Positions 25,512 to 37,585 are shown, numbered from the stretch's first letter. The stretch: 64,000 bases of DNA from Malacoraja senta (GCA_038087875.1 CM075988.1:22136001-22200000); one strand, 5' to 3'. Program-made: numbers and translations. Notes: generated from the letters alone by a model not told the origin.

Positions 25512-25708
25512 GGCGGCACGGTGGCGCAGCGGTAGAGTTGCTGCCTTACAGCGCCAGAGACCCGGGTTCGATCCTGACTATGGGTGCTGTCTGTACGGAG
25601 TTTGTACGTTCCACCCGTGACCTGCGTGGGTTGCTCCGTGAGCTCAAGTTTCCTCCCACACTTCAAAGTCGAAGGGCCTGTTTCCGCAATGTATCTTTAA
25701 ACTAAACT
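25512..25708 (+). mobile_element. HE1-type SINE (internally deleted)
   Basis: Head and core joined directly to the tail. Confidence 0.8.
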
Positions 25709-26001
25709 GCCTCCTCAGTTCAGGATCAATTAGAAATGGACAATAAATGTTGACAATGCTACTGACATTACATCCCATGCAAAAACAAAATAAATAGCAG
25801 TTACATGTTTTGTCAGCATTGGAAAACATTTCTGTCAGTATATAAATTGTATGGCTGGGGTAGTAACTGTTGGGTACAAAGAAGGCAATTATATCTTGCC
25901 AAGCACGAATACAAATTACTCCTAAAGGAGGAGAATGCTGAGAAAATATTAGAAGCTGAGGGGTTGCATGAACTGGAACGGCTGGCTTTGCTTTAGAGTT
26001 A

Positions 26002-26171
26002 TGGGCCTGTCCCACTTGGCCGTCATTTGCGCGTAATTTACGCTTCGTGATGCGCGCATGGTGCACGATGACATATGCAGTGGCGCGCGGCATCGCAGGA
26101 TTTTGTGATGTACAAAATCTTCGCGCGCCATCTGCGTGACGCGCAAATGACGGCCAAGTGCGACAGGCCCT
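26002..26171. mobile_element. MITE (PIF/Harbinger-like), ~32-bp TIRs, TTA TSD
   Basis: gggcctgtcccacttggccgtcatttgcgcgt / acgcgcaaatgacggccaagtgcgacaggccc; tta on both flanks. Confidence 0.8.
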
Positions 26172-26515
26172 TTATAGACGTTGCTTGGCATCCCAGATTG
26201 ACAAGGAAAACCCAAGTGGAGACAGCTGTTTAGTCATTGGAAGCCTGAGACCAGTTGTACACACAACCTTCCCTGCTGTTTGTTTCATGAATTACGTGTG
26301 AATGTAGAAGATGTGAATAATAAGTTTGCAGAAATCCACTGGTCCTGTAGATGGCAGCATAGCATGACTAGATACTGAATGAGGCAAAGTATAAAGCTGG
26401 GAGATAATGCTACTGCGTGCATTGCTAGTTGCCATGCTGTAAAATGGACATCATCTACTGGGGAAGATATAGCGGGCATTCAGCAGAATGTTGCTGGCGT
26501 GGAGCATCTTAGTTA

Positions 26516-27167
26516 GAGCCAGGACTTACCAGCGCGAGGCTGGCCAACTTCGGGGCTGCAGTGGCGTTCCGGCGGTGGCGACCGAGGACACTGGTGGCGA
26601 CCTGAGTCCGGAGGCTCGGCCGCAGCTGGCCCAGTGGACGACATCTTCGGGAGCGCGAGGCTGGCCAACTTCGGGGCTGCGGTGGCGTTCCGGCGGTGGC
26701 GACCTGAGTCCGGAGGCTCGGCCGCAGCTGGCCCAGTGGACGACATCGTCGGGAGCGCGCAGGTCACAGGTTGGTGACCTGTTTTTCTGGGGCTCCCGCA
26801 ACTACAGCTGCGTCCGCTGGACTGGAGGGCGGCAGCTTCGGCAGCTTCGACCACCCCGGGCCGCGGAGTTTGAGCCGGCCCGTCGCGGAGCAAGGATTCG
26901 GCCGCGGTACTGACTTACCGTCGCCCGGCGGGTCACAGCATCAGAAGCCTGGATCGCCTCAGCGCAGAGGGAGAACAAAGAGGGAAGAGACAGAGACTTT
27001 AAGACTTTTGCCTCCATCACAATGAGGAGGTGCCTGGTGAACTCACTGTGGTGGATGTTAATTTGTGTTTATTGTGTGTTTATTATATGTATGACTGCAG
27101 GCAACGAAATTTCGTTCAGACCGAAAGGTCTGAATGACAAATAAAGGAATCTCGAATCTCTAATCTC
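26516..27167 (+). mobile_element. CpG-rich non-autonomous retroelement with Rex1-like tail
   Basis: tagtta duplicated at 26510-26515 and 27168-27173; internal 121/102-bp tandem units; GAAA hairpin, AATAAA and (aatctcN)3 tail. Confidence 0.7.
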
Positions 27168-27719
27168 TAGTTATGAGCTTTCTTTACTTAGCTTGAAGAG
27201 GCTGAGGGAGGATCTTGATCTTCGAATACAAAATCAAAAGACATTGATAGTTTTATAGATGTAGTGTGGAATCAGGCCCTTCGGCCCGCCGATTCCACAT
27301 GGACCATCGATCATCCACTCGCACTAATTTTATATTATCCCGCTTTCTCATCCTCTCCCTACACGCTAGGGGCAATTTACAGAGGCCAATGTGAGAGGAA
27401 ACCAGAACACCCGGGGTAAACGAGTGTTTTGGGGTAAGGGTGAATTGTACGAAAGGGACAGGTTGCACCTTAACAGGCAGGGGACCTGCATTCTGGCAGG
27501 CAGGTTTGCCACTGCTACACGGGTGGGTACAAACTAAATAGTGGGGGGGGGGGAGGAGATAAACTGGAAATACAAGGATGGAGTTAAAGGGAAGGAGTAC
27601 AGGAAAAGTTAAGAAAGACACCAGAATTAAAGGGGCAGAAAGCTCAGGAAGGGTTAGGAGAGTATGGCCGTGAAGTAGGAATCGGTGTGAAAGGTGAGGG
27701 GAGTAATGGATTAAAATGA

Positions 27720-28312
27720 TTATATATGAATGCACAAAGTATGAGAAACAATGTGGATGAGCTTGAGGCTCAGTTAGAAATTGGCAAGTATGATGTGGGA
27801 ATTACAGAGACATAGCTGCAAGAGGACCAGGGGTACTGAATATTCAGGGGTATGCATCCTATTGAAAAGACAGAGAGGTGGGCAGAGGGGGTGGGGTAGC
27901 TCTGTTGGTAAGAAAGCAAATGGCATGTTGGCCTTCATAACAAGAGGAGTTGAGTATAGGAGCAAAGAGGTCCTTCTGCAGTTGTACAGGGCCCTAGTAA
28001 GACCACACCTGGAGTATTGTGTGCAGTTATCACCAACAGGTCATGAACGGTCTCCAAATTTGAGAACGGAGATGAGAAAAAACTTTTTCTCCCAGACAGT
28101 TGTGAATCTGTGGAATTCTCTACCTCAGACGGCAGTGGAGGCCAATTCTCTGGATGATTTCAAGAGAGAGTTATACAGAGCTCTTAAAGATAGCGGGGTC
28201 AAGGGATATGGGGAGAAGGCAGGAACGCGGTACTAATTGTGGATGATCAGCCATGATCATAATGAATGGTGGTGCTGGCTTGAAGGGCCAAATGGCCCAC
28301 TCCTGCACCTAT
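27720..28312 (+). mobile_element. Rearranged CR1-type LINE (APE N-terminus fused to ORF2 C-terminus and tail)
   Basis: YMNAQSMRNNVDELEAQL...GITET, then [10 protein letters not shown]... and the CR1 3' UTR. Confidence 0.8.
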
Positions 28313-29383
28313 TCTTCATCATCATCATCGTTGAAAACATCAACGGGCACGGCGCCTTACAATGCTATGTACGACAGTGATCGCAACTTCTACTGGTGTG
28401 GATGGCCGTTGGCTCGCTAGAAGCTCATCCGCCCTTTGACAGGTCTTGTTTTTGGTCCTGCTAGGGGTCCACAGCCCCCTCCTCACCTTGCAAACCAGGA
28501 GGGGGAGACGGTTTAGTCGCCGACTATCTGACCATGGGAGCAGCTAGCACGGGATTACATGGTAACTCCTCCCGACCTGACCTGATAATCATCATTTAGT
28601 CTATTGTCTAAATCACCCCAGTGTGTCGGGAATGGATGAGAAATGTATTTTATTTCTCTCTCCACCAATGCTGCCTGATCTGGGTGAGCAATAGCTGATT
28701 TATTTGTGTTACCCTTAGTCTGGGTAATTTTTTTACAGTTACTATACAAGAGATGTGATGACCTTTTTCATTTAATGCAACATACTTTTGTTTAAAGTGT
28801 AGGCAATGACAGTGCAATTCTTCCATGCTTCTTAATGAAGGGATGAAATAGATTCAAACAATGAGGAAACAGTCCCTTCGGCCCAACTTGCCCATCTACA
28901 CTAGTCCCACCTGCCTGCGTTTGGCCCATTTCCCTATAAACCTGTACTATCCATGTACCTGTCTAAATGTTTCTTAAACTTTGCTATAGTCCCTGCTTCA
29001 ACTACCTCCTCTGGCAGCTCGTTCCATACACCCACCACCCTTTGTATAAAAAAGTTACCCCTCAGATTCCTGTTAAATCTTTTCCCCTTCACCTTAAATT
29101 GTTCTTCTTTACTGCCAGATGGAATGATCACGATGTATTGGCAGCTTAACTGGAGTTTGCAACATAAGGACAGATGCTCACAACCGTAGGCTGAATATAT
29201 CAGTTTATATCTCAGATGCATTTGCATTTCATTCAATCTGTTCAGGACGTTAATTTAGTCACTGCCAGTATGAACTCATTCATTGCAGCAAGATAAATGA
29301 TTTTAAAACATTTCTTGCATGGTTCCACTGACTAAGCAAACTAAATGATTTGAAATAGCTAATCGTCTATTTATCACCAACAG

Positions 29384-29441
29384 GTCATGAACAGGCAAAG
29401 GAACAAAATAACTTATTGTATCTGACGTCCCCAGATAAACC
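29384..29441 (+). CDS. NCAPD3: NCAPD3 exon: (G)HEQAKEQNNLLYLTSPDK(P)
   Basis: caacag|GT ... ACC|gtaagt; 58 nt; gctaat branch-like motif upstream. Confidence 0.88.
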
Positions 29442-30825
29442 GTAAGTAACCTGGAAATATATTTGATCTTTGACATCAGACATGATAGAAATCATGATCA
29501 ATAAGCACAAAGTGCTGGGATAACTCAGCAGGTCAGGCAGCATCTCTGGAGTGAGATGTTGCCTGACCCTCTGAGTTACTCCAACACTCTTTCTTTGTAA
29601 ACCAGCAACTGCAGTTCCTTGTGCCTACATTCAAATCATGATGATGTATTTGAGACTAGCCAGAGAAATGTCACTCTGCATGGTCACTTTCTAAAAATAG
29701 ATTATCCAAAGACCTTGTTCACATTTTGAAATACTTCTGATGCCAGGTACAGTGGGTTAAATCATTTATTCCTTTGAGAGTTATGTTCAGTCCTGGAACC
29801 AGTGCCATTTTAAAATATGTACTGGGGAATGTGGAATATAGGTTAAATTGTGTAAAGTTTGTAGGTCGGATACACAGCAGGGAGGGTGGTGATGGACTGC
29901 AAGCAGGCAGTGAGTGATGAGATTCAATATAGGGGAATGAAGTGAAAGTCTGACAGAGACTTTCGGAGTGTCGGAGTGTGCCCGCTGTATGTTTTGACAA
30001 ACGTTATGTGGGTTGGGTGAAGCCAAGTGGCTTGGATCATTTCTTTGTCCAAGTTGCACTCTAATAAAGCTATTTGTGAATTGAGATTTCCAGTGCTTTT
30101 ACTTGATGTTACATCCCCAACCATATATGTTAATGAGATTATGTTCACAGCAATGGTTACATCAGCTAGGAAGAGATTTGGAAGTTCTCCACCTCTGTGT
30201 TGGGTTTGCATGTTGTTTGAAGTTTATACCTGAGCAGGCCTTGAGTTTCCTGCATAAACACATTTTAGACTTTAAATGGAACAGCTTTAAAAGATATGCA
30301 AGAACAAAAGGGCTTGCTTGCACGTATGTGTGAAAGTGGCAGAAACTGAAAGTGGTAACAGGGTGGTGAAAATGGCATTATGCTTAAAACAGACACAAGA
30401 TGCTGGAATAACTCAGCGGGATAATGCAGAGATGCTGCATGACCCACTGAGTTACTCCAACATGTTGTGTTATTTTTGTAAACCGAGCATCTGCAGTTCC
30501 TTATTTCTGCACTGGGTATGCAAATGTAGGAGGCTGAGGTATGACCTTTTAAAGAGGCATATATGATCAGAATCTTTCTATCGCAGGGCGGGCAGATGAG
30601 AATTAGTTTTATCTTTGTTCAACATGCACATTATGGGCTGATGGGCCTGTGCTGTACTGTTTATGTTCGTGCTTTTCAAAGGGGAATTGAATCGGTTTTA
30701 TAGAGTATAATATGTGGGCTGTGGAGCAAGAACAAGGAAGCGGATTGTTGACGGATTGTTGCGTATCGGAAAATGGGAGGTCAGAGGGGATGAGATTTAA
30801 AAACTGAGGACAGATCGTTCCATGT

Positions 30826-30945
30826 GTGAAGGGTCTCGACCCGAAACGCCACCCATTCCTCCTTCTCTCCAGAGATGCTGCCTGTCCCGCTGAGTTACTC
30901 CAGCTTTTTGTATCCATCTTCAGCATCTGCGGTTCCTTCCTACAC
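30826..30945 (+). mobile_element. PLE terminal repeat, 5' end within the hammerhead core
   Basis: gaagggtctcgacccgaaacg...gatgctgcctgtcccgctgagttactccagc. Confidence 0.8.
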
Positions 30946-31093
30946 AAAGGGATTGTTGGCTTTGTTCTCTTTGGAGGCAGCTGGAGGAGATGGACTGTAT
31001 GGGCTCCAGATCGCTACAATTCAGTGAGAACAATGCTGCTGTTTTTGTCAGATTAGATTTCAAAATGTACTAATCTGTTACCTGTTCTCACAG

Positions 31094-31187
31094 GGTACCT
31101 CAGCCACGACAGTGGAAGGTGGAATCGCCAGCTGCCAATATAACGAACCTATTCGAAGGCAGAACAAGATCTCGGAAGAAAAACTAA
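31094..31187 (+). CDS. NCAPD3: NCAPD3 last coding exon: VPQPRQWKVESPAANITNLFEGRTRSRKKN*
   Basis: ctcacag|G ... TAA at 31185-31187; matches recalled human PQPQQWNVRSP. Confidence 0.92.
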
Positions 31188-32659
31188 AGAGTTCAAACTG
31201 AAGCAGAAAATTAGCAATTTGTATTTTACCGTCAAGTGCTTTCGATGTTTCTTCCTTTTGCATACTCAGAATTTCGGCAGAGAACTTTGCCATTTCCCAC
31301 AACTATACAACAGACTACAAATATTTTATTTTTGCTGTGACAAATTTCATGGGTTTTGTTTTTAGTTTAGTGGAAAGTCATATTTATAGCCCTGTTGTAT
31401 ATTTGACTAATATATTTTTTCTAGCTTGACAGTTTGAATACTAGATTATTTTAATCAATATTGCTACATGTTATGAATTAGGGGGCCATACATTAGGAGT
31501 TTGAATATAGTAGCATTGATTACCTTAGCAGTGGGAATTGCTGTGTTTAGAGTGAACATATCACTGCTTTGATTGTGACTCAAAGAGCTTTCGCATAAAG
31601 TGGCAGTGGATTTTTGAGTTGAGATCTCTTCTTGACTTGTTCATTAGTAATAACATTGTAGTATCGTGCAGGATGCCACTGTTTTGTGGCCTGGCTGTAA
31701 ACAGGAGCAAAGCTGGGTGTATGTGGCTAAAGCCAGTCCATTGGCTTTTATAAAGCTTAATCTTCCTCATAAAGCTGCATAATGATAATGTGGAAGCCAG
31801 GGCTGTAATTGGATGTAAGAAATGATCGTAGCAAATAATGAACAAGTTCAAACAACCTGTTGTACTTGAGCAAGAAAACATTGCCTGCTCTCCAATCTGC
31901 AGGAGCCAGTCAGTCTGTTTCTGCTTGTTATTAGTACAAAGTAAGAGAGGCAGCAGGTTGTAATTTAGACAAAGGTTCTTTTGAGTACTACAAACAGAAC
32001 ACAGAAATGTGTTGATGAAGCAAACCTCTTCAGCCTTGTGTTCAAAGGTCCATGATTTGCATTTCCCTGTGTTATTGCATTGTGATGCTGCTTTGTGATC
32101 CTCCATTTTCTATTGCCTTTTGTCCCCACCTCTAAAAGGACAGCAGCTTGCAGCGTTTCAGCAACACAAATGTGACAACGCTGGTTCATGTTTGATGTGA
32201 ATCAAGCAGTTGGCTGCAAAGGGTGGGCTGATTTGCCATTGACTGCCCAATGATCTCATGAAAAGTTCAGACTGGGCTAAGCTGTGATGTCCGATCTTTA
32301 ACTTGTGTGGATAGATTTTAATAATACATTTTATTTGGAAAGAAGCATAAGCCTTAGACTGTTGTAAGAGGGAGGGTGGAGATGTGATTGTGGGTAACTA
32401 TACCTGAGGTAGAATGACATTTTCTTTTTACATTCAGCAGATGTAGGAGGTTAAGTTGGATGATGTAAACTTCCACCTGAATGTAAAATGCCAGTGGTAT
32501 TTGTGGCGGGTAAATCGGTTGACACCAAGGGTAGAGGCGGTTGGCAAAGAGTGATGGAGGCCCCATGACCACTACCCTGAATTACATGTGTACTGTTGGG
32601 GGAAGTGAGGGAAGAAATGCCCTCTCAAAGCAGCAGCAGCCAGGTTGGTTCTGATGCAC

Positions 32660-33030
32660 AGCCGGAGTAGCGATAAGGAGACACGAGAGTTCAGGGAACA
32701 AACAGGAGGAATATGAGGAGCCTCAAAAGGCGATACCAGGGTGGCATGTTGCCTCTTGGACGCCAGAGTGAAGGAGCAGCTGCAGAAATATTTTAAGAGG
32801 GAGGGTGAGTAGACAGAGGTTGTTGCACATAGAGGTACCAGGGACTTGGGTAGAAAAGGATGAGATCCTGCATAGAGAGTTGGGTCTAAAGCAGAACCTC
32901 AAGGAGAATAAGCACTGGATTACTTCCAGTGCCTCATTTAAGTGAGAGTCAGAATAGGAAGATAGGATGTATGAATGTGTGGCTGAGGAGCTGGTGCAGG
33001 GGGTTGCAATTTTGGACCATGGGGATTGAT
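32660..33030 (+). mobile_element. Decayed CR1 ORF1 (SGNH-esterase-like) fragment
   Basis: Remnants VACCLL.ARVKE.LQ.I...EGE.TEVVAH.GT and MNVWLRSWCR. Confidence 0.6.
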
Positions 33031-34132
33031 AAGCAAGGGGGTGAAATGCAATTGTGGGGAGTTAAATACGGAGCTGAAATCACAGTCGGATCAACCAGGA
33101 GCTTCTTAAATGGCAGAGCACGGTTAAGTGGCCCACTCCAAATAACTGTGGGTGTCAATTTAGTTTCTCAAAGTCAGGCTATAGCTGATTACATTTTTCA
33201 GAACAAGGAAATTGCATGCGGAAGTTTCAATGAATTCAGAAACCAGAATCAAGTAAATGGTTTATTAGTACAAATTACCGTAAAATTATAATGTCCGGAT
33301 TTCCTGTTGAAAAATGCAATATTTGACTAACTGGATTACTTGCTTAAAGCTGGCTCAGCCCTCTATTCACAACTTATTGCAATACGGTTTCTAAATTTAA
33401 ACTATATTTACTAAGATTTTCAATCTCAGAATTACCCCCTTGACCTCCCACTGCCATATCAGAATTTAGCCACAGGAAATGTACTGATTTCCTCTCTCTC
33501 CTTACTGACGCAGTCAGAGTATTGGTGTTTGAGTGTACTTTGTCAGTTAGCTCAATTTAGTCAATCTGCTTGGATTTTCATTTATGTCCACGTACTAATT
33601 TGTAGCCCTGATGAAATCAATGTTCTCTATACTATTGTTGCAAACAATAATGTAGGTGGTTCAGTGATCTCAGTAACACATGCAGTGTGCTCTTGTCCAG
33701 GCACAGGGCACCATTCCAACGTTTGGACAACTTTCTTTAAATGTGCATTTACTTCGAATTTAACTGAGATTGTTGCTCAGTTGCATGAAAGTTGGACTTG
33801 AGCTGTCCAGGGGATGAGTTGCATATCCTGTCACAGGTTAAAGGATAACCCTTATGAATTATCCCCAGTGTTGCAGCCCCGGGGACTTAGAACAGGCTCC
33901 ATGAGATGTATGGCTTCCTATTTCATAAAGAACTGTCACAAATCAGCTATTAGATTACAATAAAATAAATATCTACATTATTAACTCTAGAACAGGCCTT
34001 GTGTAAAATGCCTGCTTTTTTTTCTTCCACCTAAAATCTAGAATGAATTGCAGAAAGAAATGTTTAGCTAATTTGATGAGTGTTTCTAAAATATTAACCT
34101 GTTCAGTGCCACCTCTGTATTCTCCGTCATGG

Positions 34133-35346
34133 CATGAAGCGGAAATCATGCTTGACAAATCTTCTGGAATGTTTTGAGGATGTAACGAGTAAAATGGACA
34201 TGGGAGAGCCAGTGGATGTGGTGTACCTAGACTTTCAGAAAGCCTTTGTTACGCACAGATTTGTGAGCAAAATTAGAGCACATGGTATTGACATGGATAG
34301 AAAATTGGTTGGCAGACAAGAAACAAAGAGTAGGGGTTAACGGGTCCCTTTCAGAATGGCAGGCAGTGACTAGTGGGGTGCCACAAGCTAAGACTGCAGC
34401 TATTTACAATATACATTAATGATTTAGACGAAGGAATTAAACGTAACATTAGCAAATTTGCAGATGACACAAAGCTGGGTGGCAGTTTGAACTGTGAAGA
34501 GGATGCTATGAGGATGTAGGGTGATTTGGACAGGTTGGGTGAGTGGGCAGATGCCGTGTAATGTGGATAAATGTGAGGTTATCCACTTTGGTGGCAAGAA
34601 CGGGAAGGCAGATTATTATCTGAATGGTGTCAGGCTAGGAAAAGGGGAAGTACAACGAGACCTGGGTGTCCTAGTACATCAGGCACTGAAAGTAAGCATG
34701 CAGGTACAACAGGCTGTGAGGAAAGCTAATGACATGTTGGCCTTCATAATGAGAGGAGTTGAGTATAGGAGCAAAGAGGTCCTTCTGCAGTTGTACAGAG
34801 CCCTGGTGAGACTACACCTGTAGTATTGTGTGCAGTTTTGGTCTCCTAATTTGAGGAAGGACATTCATGCTATTGAGCGAGTGTAGCGCAGGTTCGTGAG
34901 GTTAATTCCTGGGATGGCCATATGCTGAAAGAATGGAGCGACGGCTTATGTTCACTGGAATTTAGAAGGATGAGAGGGAATCTTATAGAAACATAAAATT
35001 ATTATGGGATTAGACACGTTAGATGAAGGAAACATGTTCCCCATGTTGAGGGAGTCCAGAACCAGGGGCCACAATTTAAGAATAAGGGGTAGGCCATTTA
35101 GAACTGAGATGGGGGAAAACCTTTTCACACAGAGATGTGAATTTGTGGAGTTCTCTGCCTCAGAAGGCAGTGGAGGCCGATTACTGGATGCATTCAAAAG
35201 AGAGTTAGATAGAGCTCTTAGGGTGAGCAGAATCAAGGGGTATGGGGAGAACGCAGGAACGGGGTACCGATTGTGGATAATCAGCTATGATCACATTGAA
35301 TGGCAGTGCTGGCTCGAATGGCCTACTCCTACACCTATTGTCTATA
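34133..35346 (+). mobile_element. CR1-type LINE (RT to 3' end), degenerate
   Basis: KSCLTNL, VDVVYLDFQKAF and SKFADDTK motifs with stops and frameshifts; CR1 tail. Confidence 0.9.
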
Positions 35347-35565
35347 TGGACACAAAATGCTGGAGTAACTCAGCGGGACAGACAGCATCTCTGGAGAGAA
35401 GGAATGGGTGACATTTCAGGTCGAGGCCCTTTTTCAGACTGAAGAAGGGTCTCGACCCAAAATGTCAACCATTCCTCTCTCCAGAGATGCTGCCTGTCCC
35501 GCTGAGTTACTCCAGCATTTTGTCTGCCTTCGATTTAATTCAGCATCTGCAATTCTTTCTTACAC
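35347..35565. mobile_element. PLE terminal-repeat foldback element
   Basis: ~85-bp inverted arms centred on tcagactga (35434-35442). Confidence 0.85.
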
Positions 35566-36609
35566 CTATTGGCTATGTATCTATGGCCAATAGTGAAAAA
35601 TAAACTTGGCAGTGAACAGGTTAAACCCAAATGTGCATTTCAGAGACGGGCAAGGGTTCAAGAACGGTAAATTTGGGGATATTGGGAAACTTAACTGTTG
35701 ATCACCAGCCAATAAAATGGCAAATAACTTCATAGGACATATTCCTATGAATACATAAAGTCCAGGGTAAGTATAAAATATACTGAATTTGAAAAGTCCA
35801 GAACCAAAGTTTGCTATTTGCTCTTAATATTTAGTGATGGAAATATTAATTAAAAGCTAAGTAATAAAATGCAATCTGATCATATCCTATCAGGTCAATA
35901 TTTCATTGATTATTGCCTATGATGTCTGATGGAGACAACAGCTTAGACTCTATTTGGAACGTATCTGTTGAGTTAGAAAATACTGGAAACTTTTGTTACA
36001 AAAGGCACTATAATGATTGCAAGTTTTAGTAGTACAAAACTATCGTGGCCATTGGAAAAAGTAAAAACATTCTAAACACATTTCTAATTATTTATAAATT
36101 GCAAAATGTGTGTGCATTTTTTAATTTAACTCCTTAATGATCCTGCTGGAGGAATTAATGACGGGAAGAGCTTTAAATTCCAAAGAGGAGTAGCAAAATT
36201 TTCTTTTTTTCCCAAGACTGAAATGCTACCAACAGCTTGTAAAACTAAACAGTTGACTATTAATGACATTTACATAATGAACATGAAATATGCACTGCAT
36301 CAAGCCAAAGATTCTTAGAAATCTGCCTGCCCAGTGCCTTGTGTGTCTTCTCAAAAATAAGAATGTCTTTTCAAATTTTGTAATAAGTACAGAAGCTTCA
36401 GGTTAATGAGTTCTACTCCGTTCCCTTTAGATTTATAGCTTTACCTAATTTCTGCAGTATTTATTGAAAACTCAAAGCAATAGGAACTAATATCTCAGTG
36501 GGAAAAGCTTATCACTTCTCCACAAGCATCAGATTCAGTAGTTTTACAAAAATCTTTCATCAACTGCAAATTGTTTTTCAGAACCTAGTGTTTGGGTATA
36601 GTTCTTTTC

Positions 36610-36895
36610 AGTTTAGTTTAGAGATACAGCGCGTCCGCGCTGACCAGTGATTCCCTCACACTAACATTATCCTACACACATTAGGGACAATCTTTACATT
36701 TACCAAGCCCATTAACCTACAAACCTGTACGTCTTTGGAGTGTGGGTGGAAACTGAAGATCTCAGAGAAAACCCCACGCAGGTCACAGGGAGAACGTACA
36801 AACTCCGTACAGACAGCACCCGTAGTCAGGATCGAGCCCGAGTCTCCAGCGCTGCATTTGTCGTAAGGCAGCAACTCTACCGCTGCGCCACCCTT
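36610..36895 (-). mobile_element. HE1-type SINE
   Basis: Family consensus. Confidence 0.85.
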
Positions 36896-37058
36896 CTAAT
36901 TTGAGTAGTGATAGTGCCCAAAAAACAAAGTAAAACTTCATCCATTTGTTTTCAGTTGTAGTTGATTAGGGCTTCTGATTAGGATTGAGGGCTCAGTTTT
37001 TGCATAACTGGAACTGACTACATGTAGCATCAGAATGGAAATTTGAGAATAAAAAGTC

Positions 37059-37064
37059 TTTATT
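37059..37064 (-). promoter_or_regulatory. Candidate JAM3 polyadenylation signal AATAAA
   Basis: First AATAAA noted on the - strand, about 165 nt after the stop codon; usage unverified. Confidence 0.4.
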
Positions 37065-37229
37065 TAATAGCAAAAGATTGGTTAACAGCTTTGGCAATAG
37101 GTAATTTCATATCACAAGTCTCTGGTATTAAATTCTTTACAAATCTATGAACATGTAAGATAAATACATAAAGGAACTCAAACCACTGGTGAATTAGATT
37201 TTTCTACCATCTTCATTTTCTTCATCTCT

Positions 37230-37265
37230 TCAGATAACAAAGGAAGATTTGTGTCGAAAGTCTCC
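37230..37265 (-). CDS. JAM3: JAM3 last coding exon: GDFRHKSSFVI* (PDZ-binding tail)
   Basis: - strand cattacag|GGA ... ATC TGA. Confidence 0.96.
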   Translation of the reverse strand, partial: GDFRHKSSFVI

Positions 37266-37347
37266 CTGTAATGAAGAGATGGAACAAATTATATAGATGA
37301 GCAAAAGTGAGAAAGGCAGATGCAAAGACAATCTTCCACAGATATGG

Positions 37348-37585
37348 GTGGCATGGTGGCACAGCGGGAGATTAGGTCAGATTTCAGGTTAGCGTTAGAT
37401 TTTCAAACCCAGCAGAAACCTCTGGTTTCCTCTCACTCCAAAGACGTACAGATTTTTTGGTTAATTGGATTTGGTGAGAGATTGTAAATTGTCCCTCGTG
37501 TGTAGGATAGTGCTCGTGTATGGGGATCGCTGGTCCGCGCAGACCTGGTGGGCCGAAGGGCCTGTTTCCAAGCTGTACCACTTAG
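37348..37585 (+). mobile_element. HE1-type SINE (degenerate)
   Basis: Core and tail match. Confidence 0.7.

Larger units (their letters stand above)
30..31187 (+). other. NCAPD3: NCAPD3 (condensin-2 complex subunit D3) gene, 3' part: 17 coding exons; 5' end lies outside the window
   Basis: The 17 GT-AG-bounded exons join in one frame. The peptide matches recalled human CAP-D3 motifs ([58 protein letters not shown]). Confidence 0.97.

Noticed and set aside
26523..26919. Two gacttacc motifs resembling the U1 snRNA 5' end
   Set aside because: Only 7-8 nt match; the rest of U1 is absent.
26488..27025. Several overlapping GC-rich ORFs
   Set aside because: Stop-poor, tandemly repeated mobile-element sequence with no recognisable protein.
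31561..32106. 181-aa minus-strand ORF
   Set aside because: No recognisable domain or splice context; likely chance.
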